Shown in pieces: positions 27,743-37,060 of a DNA stretch of 64,000 bases. The notes below the pieces were generated by a model. It did no database searches and had not been told where the DNA came from. It was given only the letters and a program-made list of their open reading frames with translations. The stretch is from Arenicellales bacterium. GTDB lineage: Bacteria > Pseudomonadota > Gammaproteobacteria > Arenicellales > JAJDZL01. The position numbers and the translations under genes are program-made. Every line of letters starts with the position of its first letter. Position 1 is the first letter of the stretch. The stretch lies in assembly GCA_965205205.1 (NCBI GenBank), contig CBDBFX010000002.1, positions 1,053,475 through 1,117,474 on the forward strand, in the 5' to 3' direction.

Positions 27743-29281
27743 TCAGACGGTGGCTTTATGCCGTTCCCGCCGGGTTTTTTCAATAAATTCATCAAGTTCC
27801 TGTAATATCGCCAAATCGACTTCTGGCTCCTGATATTCTTTCAGCAGCTGTCGATAGACTCGATTGGCGCGTGCCGTTGCGTCAAGTGCGCCTGCTTCTG
27901 ACCAGGTTTCGTAGTTGCGCCAGTCAGAAAGAATCGGTTCATAAAACTCAGTTTTATAACGCTGCATGGTCTGTCGTGCGGAAAAGAAGTGCCCGCCAGG
28001 ACCGACTTCTCGAATCGCATCCAGACCAAGCGTGTCGTCGTCAACGATAACGGGCTTTAGGACTTCCACCATCCCCTGCAGCATTTCAGCATCAATGACG
28101 AATTTCTCGAACGATGCACAAAGTCCGCCTTCCAGCCAGCCCAGTGCATGGTGTACCAGATTGGCGCGGGCCATGACTGCGCTCCAGATGGCCATTTGTG
28201 ATTCATAGACGGCCTGTGCGTCGGGAGCATTTGATGCATTGACATTTGAGGAACGATAGGGCAGATTGTAGAACCTGGCGAACTGCCCGCCCATCAGTGT
28301 CGCCTTGACATATTCTGGTGTGCCAAATGCGGGGGAACCGGTTTTCATGTCGACATTTGAAGTAAAGCCCCCGTAAACAACCGGTGCGCCTGGATTGACC
28401 AGCTGGGAAAACGCCAGTCCTGCCAGGGCTTCTGCATTCTGCTGGGTAATGGCACCGGCCAGAGTGATGGGCGCCATGGCGCCAGCCAGTGTGAACGGAG
28501 TAATGACAACCGCCTGATTCATCCTGGACAGTTCGATGATGCCCCATAGCATCGGGACATCATACTGCAGGGGGGAATTGACATTGACGACCGTATAAAG
28601 ACTGGGCTGCTGCTTCAGCTCTTCCCGAGTCAGGTTGCGGGCGATACGGGCGATCTCCAATACATCCAATACGCGGTCGCGACCCAGTGAATAAACCCTG
28701 CAGACTTTGTCCGTCAGCGTCAGATTCACTCTGGCCGTATCCAGGTGACGTGTTTTCGGATCGAGGTCAAGCGGCTCAACGGGGTGACCGGATATCGCAT
28801 GAACCACATTGGTACTCTGAGCAAGTCGAATGAAATTGCCGTAGTCTTTAAAGTTCCCGGAACGTCGGCCACCCTCAAGATCACTGGCATTGGGTGGACC
28901 GGCAACGGTGGAAAATGTAAGCCATCGTCCGCCGACTGCCAGATTTCGCTGTGGATTTCTGGCATAAATCGTAAACTCCGACGGAGCTTTTGCAATGGAA
29001 TCCAGAATCAGGTTGCGGTCAAAACGTACGCGGCTTCCATCCTTTTCGACGTCAGCACCAGCAGCCTTCAGAAGATCGCGCGCTTCGGTCAGTAGAAAGT
29101 TGATGCCGATGTCTTCCAGTACGGTGAGCGACGCGTCATGAATCTGATGAAGCTGTTCTGCAGACAGAATGTCAATCGGTGGAAATGGATTTTGCACCTG
29201 CCCAAACGGCAGTTGATCAATGGTCACCTGCGAACGCCGGTCTCTGCGCTGTCGATCTCTGCGCGACTTTTCTGCCATCAT
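27743..29281 (-). CDS. MttB-superfamily methyltransferase (trimethylamine methyltransferase family), uninterrupted and so non-pyrrolysine type
   Basis: It is 512 aa. The N-terminal region ILSAEQLHQIHDASLTVLEDIGINF and the overall length match the MttB family. There is no in-frame TAG. Confidence 0.8.
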   Translation of the reverse strand: MMAEKSRRDRQRRDRRSQVTIDQLPFGQVQNPFPPIDILSAEQLHQIHDASLTVLEDIGINFLLTEARDLLKAAGADVEKDGSRVRFDRNLILDSIAKAPSEFTIYARNPQRNLAVGGRWLTFSTVAGPPNASDLEGGRRSGNFKDYGNFIRLAQSTNVVHAISGHPVEPLDLDPKTRHLDTARVNLTLTDKVCRVYSLGRDRVLDVLEIARIARNLTREELKQQPSLYTVVNVNSPLQYDVPMLWGIIELSRMNQAVVITPFTLAGAMAPITLAGAITQQNAEALAGLAFSQLVNPGAPVVYGGFTSNVDMKTGSPAFGTPEYVKATLMGGQFARFYNLPYRSSNVNASNAPDAQAVYESQMAIWSAVMARANLVHHALGWLEGGLCASFEKFVIDAEMLQGMVEVLKPVIVDDDTLGLDAIREVGPGGHFFSARQTMQRYKTEFYEPILSDWRNYETWSEAGALDATARANRVYRQLLKEYQEPEVDLAILQELDEFIEKTRRERHKATV

Positions 29282-29544
29282 GGGGGACCTTTCGAAGCGT
29301 CCTACCTTGGATGTTGATCGGTAAACTGTTGGCCGGCGGACCGGGTAACACTCAATTCAATCATTCTGCACCTGCGTCCATCATTTCTTCTAAAATGGCA
29401 CATTCGCCGACTGTACCGAGCGACAAAGGCGATGCCACTGATGTTGAGAAGTCATTTTCCAGACAGCAGATAATATGAAAGAGATAAATATAACTTTTTT
29501 ATAGTGCGAATTGGGACATTCCTTTCCCAGAAACAACGAAACTG

Positions 29545-31587
29545 ATGAATCACCCAAAAGACCCTCTGCTTCAGCCATTCAGACTTCGGCATCTGGAACT
29601 GAAGAATAGAATCATCAGTACCAGTCATGAGCCGGCCTATTCCGAAGATAGGCTACCTAAACTTCGCTATCAGCTCTATCATGAGGAAAAGGCAAAAGGT
29701 GGCATCGCACTGACGATGTTCGGTGGCTCGACCCTGGTGGACCGGGACTCGCCACCCGCATTTGGCAATCTGTACGCGGGTACCGACCATATCGTACCCT
29801 ATTTCCAACAGCTGTCGGAACGAGTCCACCGATACGGGTCGACGCTGATGTGTCAAATCACCCACCTGGGTCGACGCACCTCACCTTATGTCGATGACTG
29901 GCTGCCAACCATCGCCGCATCGTGCGTGCGGGAACCGGCGCATCGCGCCTTTCCGAAGGAAATGGAACGCGAGGACATGCTGCGTATTGCGAAAGCCTAT
30001 GGTGCGGCGGCCAGACGCTGTCTTGAAGGCAATCTTGATGGTGTTGAAATCGAGGGCTACGGTCATCTGCTGGACGGTTTCTGGTCACCGCTGACCAACC
30101 GTCGAACCGACGAGTATGGCGGCAGTCTGGAAAATCGCCTCCGCTTCACCCGAGAGGTCATTGATGAGGTCCGAAACCAAGTCGGCCGCGATTACATTGT
30201 CGGTATTCGGATGGTCATTGACGAAGATCTGCATGGTGGCATCGATTTCGATGAAGGCATGACCATCGCGAAACAGCTCACGGACACCGGTCAGCTGGAT
30301 TTCATTAATGTAATCAAAGGACACGTCGATACTGACGAGGGCCTGTCTCATGTCATTCCGAACATGGGAACGCCTGCAGGACCTCATCTGGAATTTACCG
30401 CGGCCGTCCGTTCTGAACTGAAGCTGCCGATTTTTCATGCGGCGAGGATTGTGGACGTCGCCACCGCCAGACATGCGGTGGGGAGTGGCTGTGTTGATTT
30501 GATCGGGATGACCCGGGCGCACATGGCAGACCCTCACATCGTCAGAAAAATTGAGAACAGGCAGGAAGATCAGATACGACCCTGCGTCGGGGCCGGGTAC
30601 TGCATCGATCGAATCTATGTCGGGCAGGAAGCGCTTTGCGTTCACAATCCATCAACCGGCCGCGAGGCGAGCGCACCACACGTTGTTGCGCCAGCGAGTA
30701 AGTCAAAAAGAGTAGTGGTCATCGGTGCCGGTCCGGCCGGACTGGAAGCGGCGCGGGTCGCGGCTGAGCGGGGGCATGAAGTTCTGCTGTTCGAAGCCGG
30801 GGACCGGCCTGGCGGTCAGGTCGCCATCGCAGCGAAGGTCGAACGAAGAAGAGAAATTCTCGGCATTGTCGATTGGCGCTATGCCCAGCTGCAGCGGCTG
30901 AGTGTGAGTATGCGTTTCAATCGGTTTGCTGAAGTGGCTGATATCATCAGCGAGGAGCCGGATGTGGTGATTGTGGCGACGGGTGGGCTGCCAAACCTGT
31001 CTTTTCTGCAAGCTGGCAGTGAGTATGCAACCACGACTTGGGACGTACTGTCTGGCATCGCTTCTCTTGAAACGGATGTACTGGTCTACGATGACAACGG
31101 GCAGCACCAGGGCATTTCCTGCGCCGAGTTCATCTCACTGAGGGGATCTGCAGTCAGAATCGTTACTCCAGACCGCAGCATTGGTCAGGAAGTCGGCGGC
31201 ACCAATTATCCAATTTATCTGAAACTGTTCTATCAGCAGGGCGTTGAAATGCTTCCCAATCAGCGACTCATCGACATTACCCGGGACAATGGCGCGCTTA
31301 TCGGACGGTTCTACAACGAATATGACCGACGTACCACCTCTATTTCAGCATCGCAGATCGTCGTCGAGCACGGTACACTGCCGAATGATGAACTGTATTT
31401 TGAGCTCAAACCCCAGTCCATCAATCACGGAACGGTAGACATCGAATCACTTGTTGCGGGCAAGCCGCAGAAATGTGCGCCGAACCCAGACGGAACCTTC
31501 CAGCTGTTCAGAGTTGGGGATGCGGTTGCCAGTCGCAATATCCATGCCGCCATCTACGATTCACTACGTCTTTGCCAGCATCTGTAA
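29545..31587 (+). CDS. Old-yellow-enzyme-type NADH:flavin oxidoreductase with a C-terminal FAD/NAD(P) domain (N-methylproline demethylase / 2,4-dienoyl-CoA reductase family)
   Basis: The OYE TIM-barrel N-terminus is LRHLELKNRIISTSH...GGIALTM. There is a Cys cluster RPCVGAGYCIDRI...ALCVHNP. The second Rossmann motif is VVVIGAGPAGLEAA. Confidence 0.8.
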   Translation: MNHPKDPLLQPFRLRHLELKNRIISTSHEPAYSEDRLPKLRYQLYHEEKAKGGIALTMFGGSTLVDRDSPPAFGNLYAGTDHIVPYFQQLSERVHRYGSTLMCQITHLGRRTSPYVDDWLPTIAASCVREPAHRAFPKEMEREDMLRIAKAYGAAARRCLEGNLDGVEIEGYGHLLDGFWSPLTNRRTDEYGGSLENRLRFTREVIDEVRNQVGRDYIVGIRMVIDEDLHGGIDFDEGMTIAKQLTDTGQLDFINVIKGHVDTDEGLSHVIPNMGTPAGPHLEFTAAVRSELKLPIFHAARIVDVATARHAVGSGCVDLIGMTRAHMADPHIVRKIENRQEDQIRPCVGAGYCIDRIYVGQEALCVHNPSTGREASAPHVVAPASKSKRVVVIGAGPAGLEAARVAAERGHEVLLFEAGDRPGGQVAIAAKVERRREILGIVDWRYAQLQRLSVSMRFNRFAEVADIISEEPDVVIVATGGLPNLSFLQAGSEYATTTWDVLSGIASLETDVLVYDDNGQHQGISCAEFISLRGSAVRIVTPDRSIGQEVGGTNYPIYLKLFYQQGVEMLPNQRLIDITRDNGALIGRFYNEYDRRTTSISASQIVVEHGTLPNDELYFELKPQSINHGTVDIESLVAGKPQKCAPNPDGTFQLFRVGDAVASRNIHAAIYDSLRLCQHL

Positions 31588-32733
31588 GTGAACTCAGGAA
31601 ATCAATTCGATGCGCTGGTTGTGGGTGGTGGGATCGCCGGAGCGTCCGTTGCCGCTTTTATGGCCGACGACGGGTTGAACGTCGCACTGTTGGAAAGGGA
31701 AAATTCACTCGCTTACCACACGACCGGACGAAGCGCGGCACTTTTTACGCCGTATTACGGACCCGATTCAATGCGCGCATTCGGCTCGCTCAGCCGTTCG
31801 TTTCTTGAATCACCAACATTTGACAGGGAGGTGTCGGTACTCAGCCATCGTCTGACCATCACGCTGGTTGACCAGCATCTTGTCACCACTGCCGATCGGC
31901 CACCCAAAAGCATCTGGCTGGATGAAAAAGAATGTCTTGAGAAAATCCCGTTTCTCAGATCTGGAAAATATGTCGGTGGAATACTTGACACGCAGGTTGC
32001 CGCCATTGATGTCCATGCGCTGCACAGTCTTTTCGTCAAGGCTTTGACAGGCCGTGGCGGGAAGGTGTTTACCGGTGCTGAGGTAACCAAGGCGACCTGT
32101 TCCTCCACCGGAACTTGGGAAATCACTGCCGGTGGTGATTCGTATGTGTCACCAATTCTGGTGAATGCCGCCGGCGCGTGGGGCGATGAATTGGCCAAGC
32201 TGGCTGGCATCAGCCCGGTCGGACTGGTGCCGAAACGCAGAACCATCGTCGTCATCGGCAATGATCAGTTCGAAGGTGTCCGTTTCGACGACCTGCCATT
32301 CGTCATCGTTGAACCGGACTACATTTATTTTCAGCAGTTTGGTGTCGGGCAGCTGATGATGTCGCCGATTGACGAAACACCGAGCATCCCCTGTGATGCA
32401 CAGCCCGAAGAGCTTGACAAGGCGATCACCGTGGCGCGGTTTGAATCCGTCTCGACACTTGAAGTCAAACGCATCGACCACGCTTGGGCGGGACTTCGTA
32501 CGTTTACTCAGGACGGCGACCCGGTGATTGGATGCGAACCTGAGCAACAGGGGTTTTTCTGGCTGGTTGGACAAGGTGGCTATGGCGTTTTCACGTCACC
32601 TGCCATCGGTCAATATGCGGCGTCGCTCATCTCTGGCAACCAACTCCCGCCATCTTTTGATAGTTGCAAATTCCCATTTGCCACGCTATCACCCAATCGC
32701 TTTCGATTGACTGAGCCGACCGTGGCGTCATAA
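31588..32733 (+). CDS. FAD-dependent oxidoreductase (DAO / glycine-oxidase-like family)
   Basis: It has FDALVVGGGIAGASVAAFMA. The GTG start directly abuts the stop of the upstream flavoenzyme, which suggests translational coupling. Confidence 0.75.
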   Translation: MNSGNQFDALVVGGGIAGASVAAFMADDGLNVALLERENSLAYHTTGRSAALFTPYYGPDSMRAFGSLSRSFLESPTFDREVSVLSHRLTITLVDQHLVTTADRPPKSIWLDEKECLEKIPFLRSGKYVGGILDTQVAAIDVHALHSLFVKALTGRGGKVFTGAEVTKATCSSTGTWEITAGGDSYVSPILVNAAGAWGDELAKLAGISPVGLVPKRRTIVVIGNDQFEGVRFDDLPFVIVEPDYIYFQQFGVGQLMMSPIDETPSIPCDAQPEELDKAITVARFESVSTLEVKRIDHAWAGLRTFTQDGDPVIGCEPEQQGFFWLVGQGGYGVFTSPAIGQYAASLISGNQLPPSFDSCKFPFATLSPNRFRLTEPTVAS

Positions 32734-32894
32734 CGTGAAATTTTGAGGCTTATATGTGCAGTTTTAGCTGAATCTCGCACTTTCAAAAGTTCCAAAAATC
32801 TCCCCCTATTCGAATTCATAAGTGGCGTGGATCATCCGAATGATACCAATCCAGCCAAGGCAATTACAAGGCATATTATTGAGAATCTATTGCC

Positions 32895-33608
32895 ATGTCT
32901 ACGCAGTCAAAAATTGAATGGACCGATATCACCTGGAACCCGGTAACCGGTTGCACCAAGATCAGTCATGGCTGCAAAAACTGTTACGCCGAACGCATGG
33001 CCAAGCGGCTACAGCTGATGAAATCGAAAAAGTACCAGCAGGGCTTTTCTGTCACCGTACACGAGTCCGCGCTTTTTGATCCGTTGGCCTGGAAGCATCC
33101 GAAGCTTATTTTTGTCAACTCCATGTCCGACCTCTTTCATCAGGCCGTTCCAAGTGAGTTCATTGTCAGCGTTTTTGATGTCATGAATCGTGCGCAACAT
33201 ACATTTCAAGTGCTTACCAAACGGCCACATCGTGCCGTGCGGATGAATGAACATCTTCACTGGTCATCAAACATCTGGTTTGGTGTCAGCATTGAATCGG
33301 AAAGATGGCTAGAACGATTGCAACTGTTGAAAAAAACTAGTGCCAATGTGAAGTTTCTCTCCTTGGAACCTTTGCTAGGGCCATTGTCAAACATAGATCT
33401 TTCAGATATTGATTGGGTAATTGTCGGTGGTGAATCGGGGCCTCGCGCGCGCCCGATGGAAGCTACGTGGGTGCGCGATATTCGCGACCAGTGCGTACTT
33501 AGTGACATCCCGTTCTTTTTCAAACAATGGGGAGGCGTATTCAAGAAGAAGACTGGCCGAGAACTAGATAATCAGGTGTGGGGGCAGATGCCAGAACCGG
33601 TCAAATGA
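32895..33608 (+). CDS. DUF5131 / phage Gp37-Gp68 family protein
   Basis: MSTQSKIEWTDITWNPVTGCTKISHGCKNCYAERMAKRL is the family-defining N-terminus with C-x6-C-x2-C. It also has SLEPLLGPL...DWVIVGGESGP...FFFKQWG. Confidence 0.8.
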   Translation: MSTQSKIEWTDITWNPVTGCTKISHGCKNCYAERMAKRLQLMKSKKYQQGFSVTVHESALFDPLAWKHPKLIFVNSMSDLFHQAVPSEFIVSVFDVMNRAQHTFQVLTKRPHRAVRMNEHLHWSSNIWFGVSIESERWLERLQLLKKTSANVKFLSLEPLLGPLSNIDLSDIDWVIVGGESGPRARPMEATWVRDIRDQCVLSDIPFFFKQWGGVFKKKTGRELDNQVWGQMPEPVK

Positions 33609-33843
33609 TGTGTTTTTAATTGGCCGAAACTGATGCAAGAAAACCTCGCATGAACATGTCATACTTCATTAATAGCGAAGTGCAGGCAACACAATGATCA
33701 GGATCAAACTTAGGATAAATTGATTTTGGCGCCACACCCCTACCCATCGTCATAATAACCAAGTGTACACAGGAAAGAATTCCAATTTATGCCGACGGGC
33801 GAACCAATCTAGTGGCAGAAAGTTTACATAGAAAGAACCAAAA

Positions 33844-34329
33844 ATGGGACCTCAACCACCATACGACAGTCGTAAGGTAGCCAATCGGTTGATACGCATC
33901 TCAAACCAGCAAGGTAAAGCCATGTCAATCATTCGGCTACTGAAACTCACCTTCATGGCGCACGGATGGACACTGGCCATTAAAGAAGTGCCACTTGTTA
34001 GTGAATACGTTCAGGCCTGGAGACATGGTCCTGTCATTACCAGTATCTATTATTCATATCGGCCGATGGGGGTCCATAAGATCAAGCCATTTCCCCTTCT
34101 TGGAAATACTGAAATCGACTCCGATACGGGTGAAATTTTGGAGAATGTTTATGATGCATATAAAAACATTTCAACAAATCAACTATCGGCTTTAACACAT
34201 ATGAAAGGCGGGCCCTGGCATCGGGCATATAAACCGAACAAACTCAACATAATCATTCCCAATGAATGGATCGCTGAACACTTCAAGGACAAACTCAAAC
34301 GGGCTCAGAATGAACAGTCGAATTCTTGA
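33844..34329 (+). CDS. Panacea-domain (DUF4065, SocA/PanA-like) putative antitoxin
   Basis: RLLKLTFMAHGWTLAIKEVPLVSEYVQAWRHGPVITSIYYSY matches the DUF4065 core (KL.Y.a.g..L......l....f.AW..GPV...vY), recalled from memory. Confidence 0.7.
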   Translation: MGPQPPYDSRKVANRLIRISNQQGKAMSIIRLLKLTFMAHGWTLAIKEVPLVSEYVQAWRHGPVITSIYYSYRPMGVHKIKPFPLLGNTEIDSDTGEILENVYDAYKNISTNQLSALTHMKGGPWHRAYKPNKLNIIIPNEWIAEHFKDKLKRAQNEQSNS

Positions 34330-34392
34330 ACCTGATGTTCCTTCTCTTGGTGCTGAAAGCGTTCAACAACTAAAGCAGACTGGAAAGACATC

Positions 34393-34671
34393 ATGTCACC
34401 CTTCGTTGGACGGCAATCTCAGTGGCTATTGTTGCCTTAGATTCTGGCGAGCGGCCTTGAATGGTGGATTCTTATCAATTTAAAATCATTTCAAGAGTTT
34501 GGTGAATGGCTTATTTTTCTGGCAATCGCTCCGATCGCATCAATCTCAATCATCGTGATGTTCATATTGATTGGCGCATTTAAAAAGTCTGAAGATTCTG
34601 ACGTAAAAATTCCTGGATTAGCCCGTGAAGTCGCGCAACATATTGCGGATAAATCAGAATCAAGCAACTAA
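34393..34671 (+). pseudogene. Speculative small transmembrane ORF downstream of the Panacea gene, interrupted by an in-frame TAG (34438-34440)
   Basis: Hand translation of frame 1 gives MSPFVGRQSQWLLLP-TAG-ILASGLEWWILINLKSFQEFGEWLIFLAIAPIASISIIVMFILIGAFKKSEDSDVKIPGLAREVAQHIADKSESSN. After the TAG there is no ATG/GTG/TTG until late in the ORF. One clear TM helix is present. Confidence 0.25.
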
Positions 34672-35799
34672 TACCGCAAGAGCCTGACGCAAGTCGTCGA
34701 GCAGATCATCAAGATTCTCAATCCCGACCGAAATTCGAATCAGATTGACCGGCACTTCACTGTGTGCACCCTCGACCGTTCTTCGGTGCTCGATAAGACT
34801 CTCGACACCACCCAGGGAAGTCGCTCTGACAAATAATTTCGTTTGAGATGCCAATTGGTGCGCAGCCGTCTCACCACCTTTCATCTGCAGCGACATCATC
34901 CCTCCGAAGCCATTGGTCATCTGCCGTTTGGCCAACTCGTGCGAGGGATGACTCGGCAGGCCCGGATACAAGACGCTTTCTACGGCCGGATGGGATTCCA
35001 GAAACTGTGCAATCTTCATGGCATTTTGAGAACATCGTTCCCAGCGCAGAGCCAATGTTCTCATGCCGCGCAGCAAAAGCCAGGCTTCAAAAGATCCCAG
35101 AATGCCACCGGTCAGCCGTCGCACCTCATCAATCTCTTCCCAACGAGCGTTCGCCTCACCGGTTACCAATACCCCGGCATTGAGATCGCTGTGACCGTTC
35201 AGGTATTTTGTTGCGGAGTGAAAGACGATATCCGCACCGAGTGTCAATGCCTGTGTCGAGATCGGAGATGCTGCAGTACAGTCAACGCCCAAAATCGCAC
35301 CCGCGGCATGAGCATCCCCAGCCGCCCGCTCAATATCAATCACGTCCCAGGATGGATTGATCGGTGATTCGATCCAGACAACCGATGTTTGACCGGGGAT
35401 CACGGAACGGGTTAAACCCTCTGGATCAGACGGATCAAACAACGTCAATCCGATATTGCGTTTCTCAGAAATACGCTTCAGCCAGTCAACCGTACCATGG
35501 TACATGACTCTTGGTGCAACGATATGCTCACCCATATTCACGGTTTCAAATAGCGCCGCAATGGCTGCGAGTCCTGAGGCGAAGAAAAGCGCATTCCTGC
35601 CTCCCTCCAGATCGCAGATGACTGTCTCAAGCTGCTCATAAGTCGGATTGGCGTAGCGTCCATACACATAGTTGCCAATCAGCCTTAGATCTTCATCGCG
35701 GGCGAAGGTAACGGAAGGATCAATTGGCGGAACAATGCCCCCACTTGATGGATTGATGTAGTGATTGGCTTGTGCCAGTATGGTATTGGGATCTTTCAT
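34660..35799 (-). CDS. Cys/Met-metabolism PLP-dependent enzyme (cystathionine gamma-synthase/beta-lyase family)
   Basis: It has the PLP-lysine motif FHSATKYLNGHSD and YGRYANPT, and its 379 aa are typical of the MetB/MetC/MetZ family. Confidence 0.85.
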   Translation of the reverse strand: MKDPNTILAQANHYINPSSGGIVPPIDPSVTFARDEDLRLIGNYVYGRYANPTYEQLETVICDLEGGRNALFFASGLAAIAALFETVNMGEHIVAPRVMYHGTVDWLKRISEKRNIGLTLFDPSDPEGLTRSVIPGQTSVVWIESPINPSWDVIDIERAAGDAHAAGAILGVDCTAASPISTQALTLGADIVFHSATKYLNGHSDLNAGVLVTGEANARWEEIDEVRRLTGGILGSFEAWLLLRGMRTLALRWERCSQNAMKIAQFLESHPAVESVLYPGLPSHPSHELAKRQMTNGFGGMMSLQMKGGETAAHQLASQTKLFVRATSLGGVESLIEHRRTVEGAHSEVPVNLIRISVGIENLDDLLDDLRQALAVLVA

Positions 35800-35837
35800 G
35801 CAAGTTCAATCCGCTCCGTGTATCAGGGTGTTGGATG

Positions 35838-36485
35838 TCAGATGTTAGCCAGCAGAGACTCTTTCACGATGTCAATCAAGTCCTCTGGATGATGAGCTTC
35901 GTAATCCGGCTGAGTATTTCGAATCCATTCAATGGCGTGCCACCCCCAACTCACTGCGATCGTCACGACCCCTGCCGCCTGGCCCTGCTCCATGTCACTG
36001 ACCGTATCGCCAATCATGCAGGACTGGGATTCGCTTGATTCGTTCTTTCGAATGATCGTCTGAATTTTTTCGGATTTGGTACCCGGCATATCTCCACCGA
36101 CAATGTCATCGAAATACTGTCGAATCCCTTCCCTATTCAAAACTTGAGTGATCACCTGTCTGGATGTCGCCGAAACAACGCCAAGTGTTCCAAGTTTACG
36201 CATTCGCTCAACAACCCGCCCGATCCTTGGAAACAGGCGAATCTGGTTGGATCGACTGTATAACGCCCGATCAATTTCGGCGACGAACTTCTTCGAGAGT
36301 TTCGGATCGACATTCGCTGCCGCCACGATTTCGGGAATTGACATGCGCCTGATGCTTCGTAAATCATCGGAATTAAAACGAACCGGCTGCTCTAATTTTC
36401 GGCCAGCAATGTTGACCGCTTCCGAAAAGATTTCGATGGAATCAACGAGTACTCCGTCAAAATCAAACAATATGGTCGCGGTCAT
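35838..36485 (-). CDS. HAD-superfamily hydrolase (phosphoglycolate-phosphatase-like)
   Basis: Motif I is ILFDFDGVLVDS, with VVSATSR and a GDTVSDM motif IV. Confidence 0.8.
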   Translation of the reverse strand: MTATILFDFDGVLVDSIEIFSEAVNIAGRKLEQPVRFNSDDLRSIRRMSIPEIVAAANVDPKLSKKFVAEIDRALYSRSNQIRLFPRIGRVVERMRKLGTLGVVSATSRQVITQVLNREGIRQYFDDIVGGDMPGTKSEKIQTIIRKNESSESQSCMIGDTVSDMEQGQAAGVVTIAVSWGWHAIEWIRNTQPDYEAHHPEDLIDIVKESLLANI

Positions 36486-36499
36486 TTTAAAATCTCGAC

Positions 36500-37060
36500 T
36501 TAAATGGACTTCGAATCAGTTTCAGTGACTGTATGGGTTTCGAATAAGGTCGGATGCAGTTTCAATCCACAGACATTCATGCGTCGCCAGACATAATGCA
36601 GATAACTGCGTTCGACATATACCGAGCAGGAATTCACCTCACCTCGAATCACGATTCCCGCCTGTGAAAACACGGCTGTCGAAGTTCCGCTACCTGGCGG
36701 AAATTCATACAGATTGATTGGAACCACATGGGCCAGCACTTCCAACATGTCAACACCAATTATTTTAATGCCGGCAAATTGATCAGAAATATTGACGACG
36801 CTCAGTTCCTTGGTGTACTTAAAATGACGGTTCAATCGCTGCTCAATCTGGCTTTCATTTTCGAGTACTGACTTGATTAGCGTTCGTCTCGGGCCCAGTC
36901 TGAGAATCTCCAGACTTTCAAATACAGTCAGCTGATTTTTCTCAATCTTCTCCTCAACACCAAGACTGAGGAAAAATTGATCCAATTCCGCGCCAATGCA
37001 GCGCAAATCAAACATGGCTTCCTGATTCAGCTGAGTGAACTCTACCGCATATGCCATCAC
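36500..37060 (-). CDS. soxG: Sarcosine oxidase gamma subunit
   Basis: This 186-aa ORF lies immediately after soxA (its start overlaps the soxA stop), matching the position and size of SoxG in the soxBDAG operon. The sequence-level assignment is weaker than for the other subunits. Confidence 0.7.
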   Translation of the reverse strand: MMAYAVEFTQLNQEAMFDLRCIGAELDQFFLSLGVEEKIEKNQLTVFESLEILRLGPRRTLIKSVLENESQIEQRLNRHFKYTKELSVVNISDQFAGIKIIGVDMLEVLAHVVPINLYEFPPGSGTSTAVFSQAGIVIRGEVNSCSVYVERSYLHYVWRRMNVCGLKLHPTLFETHTVTETDSKSI

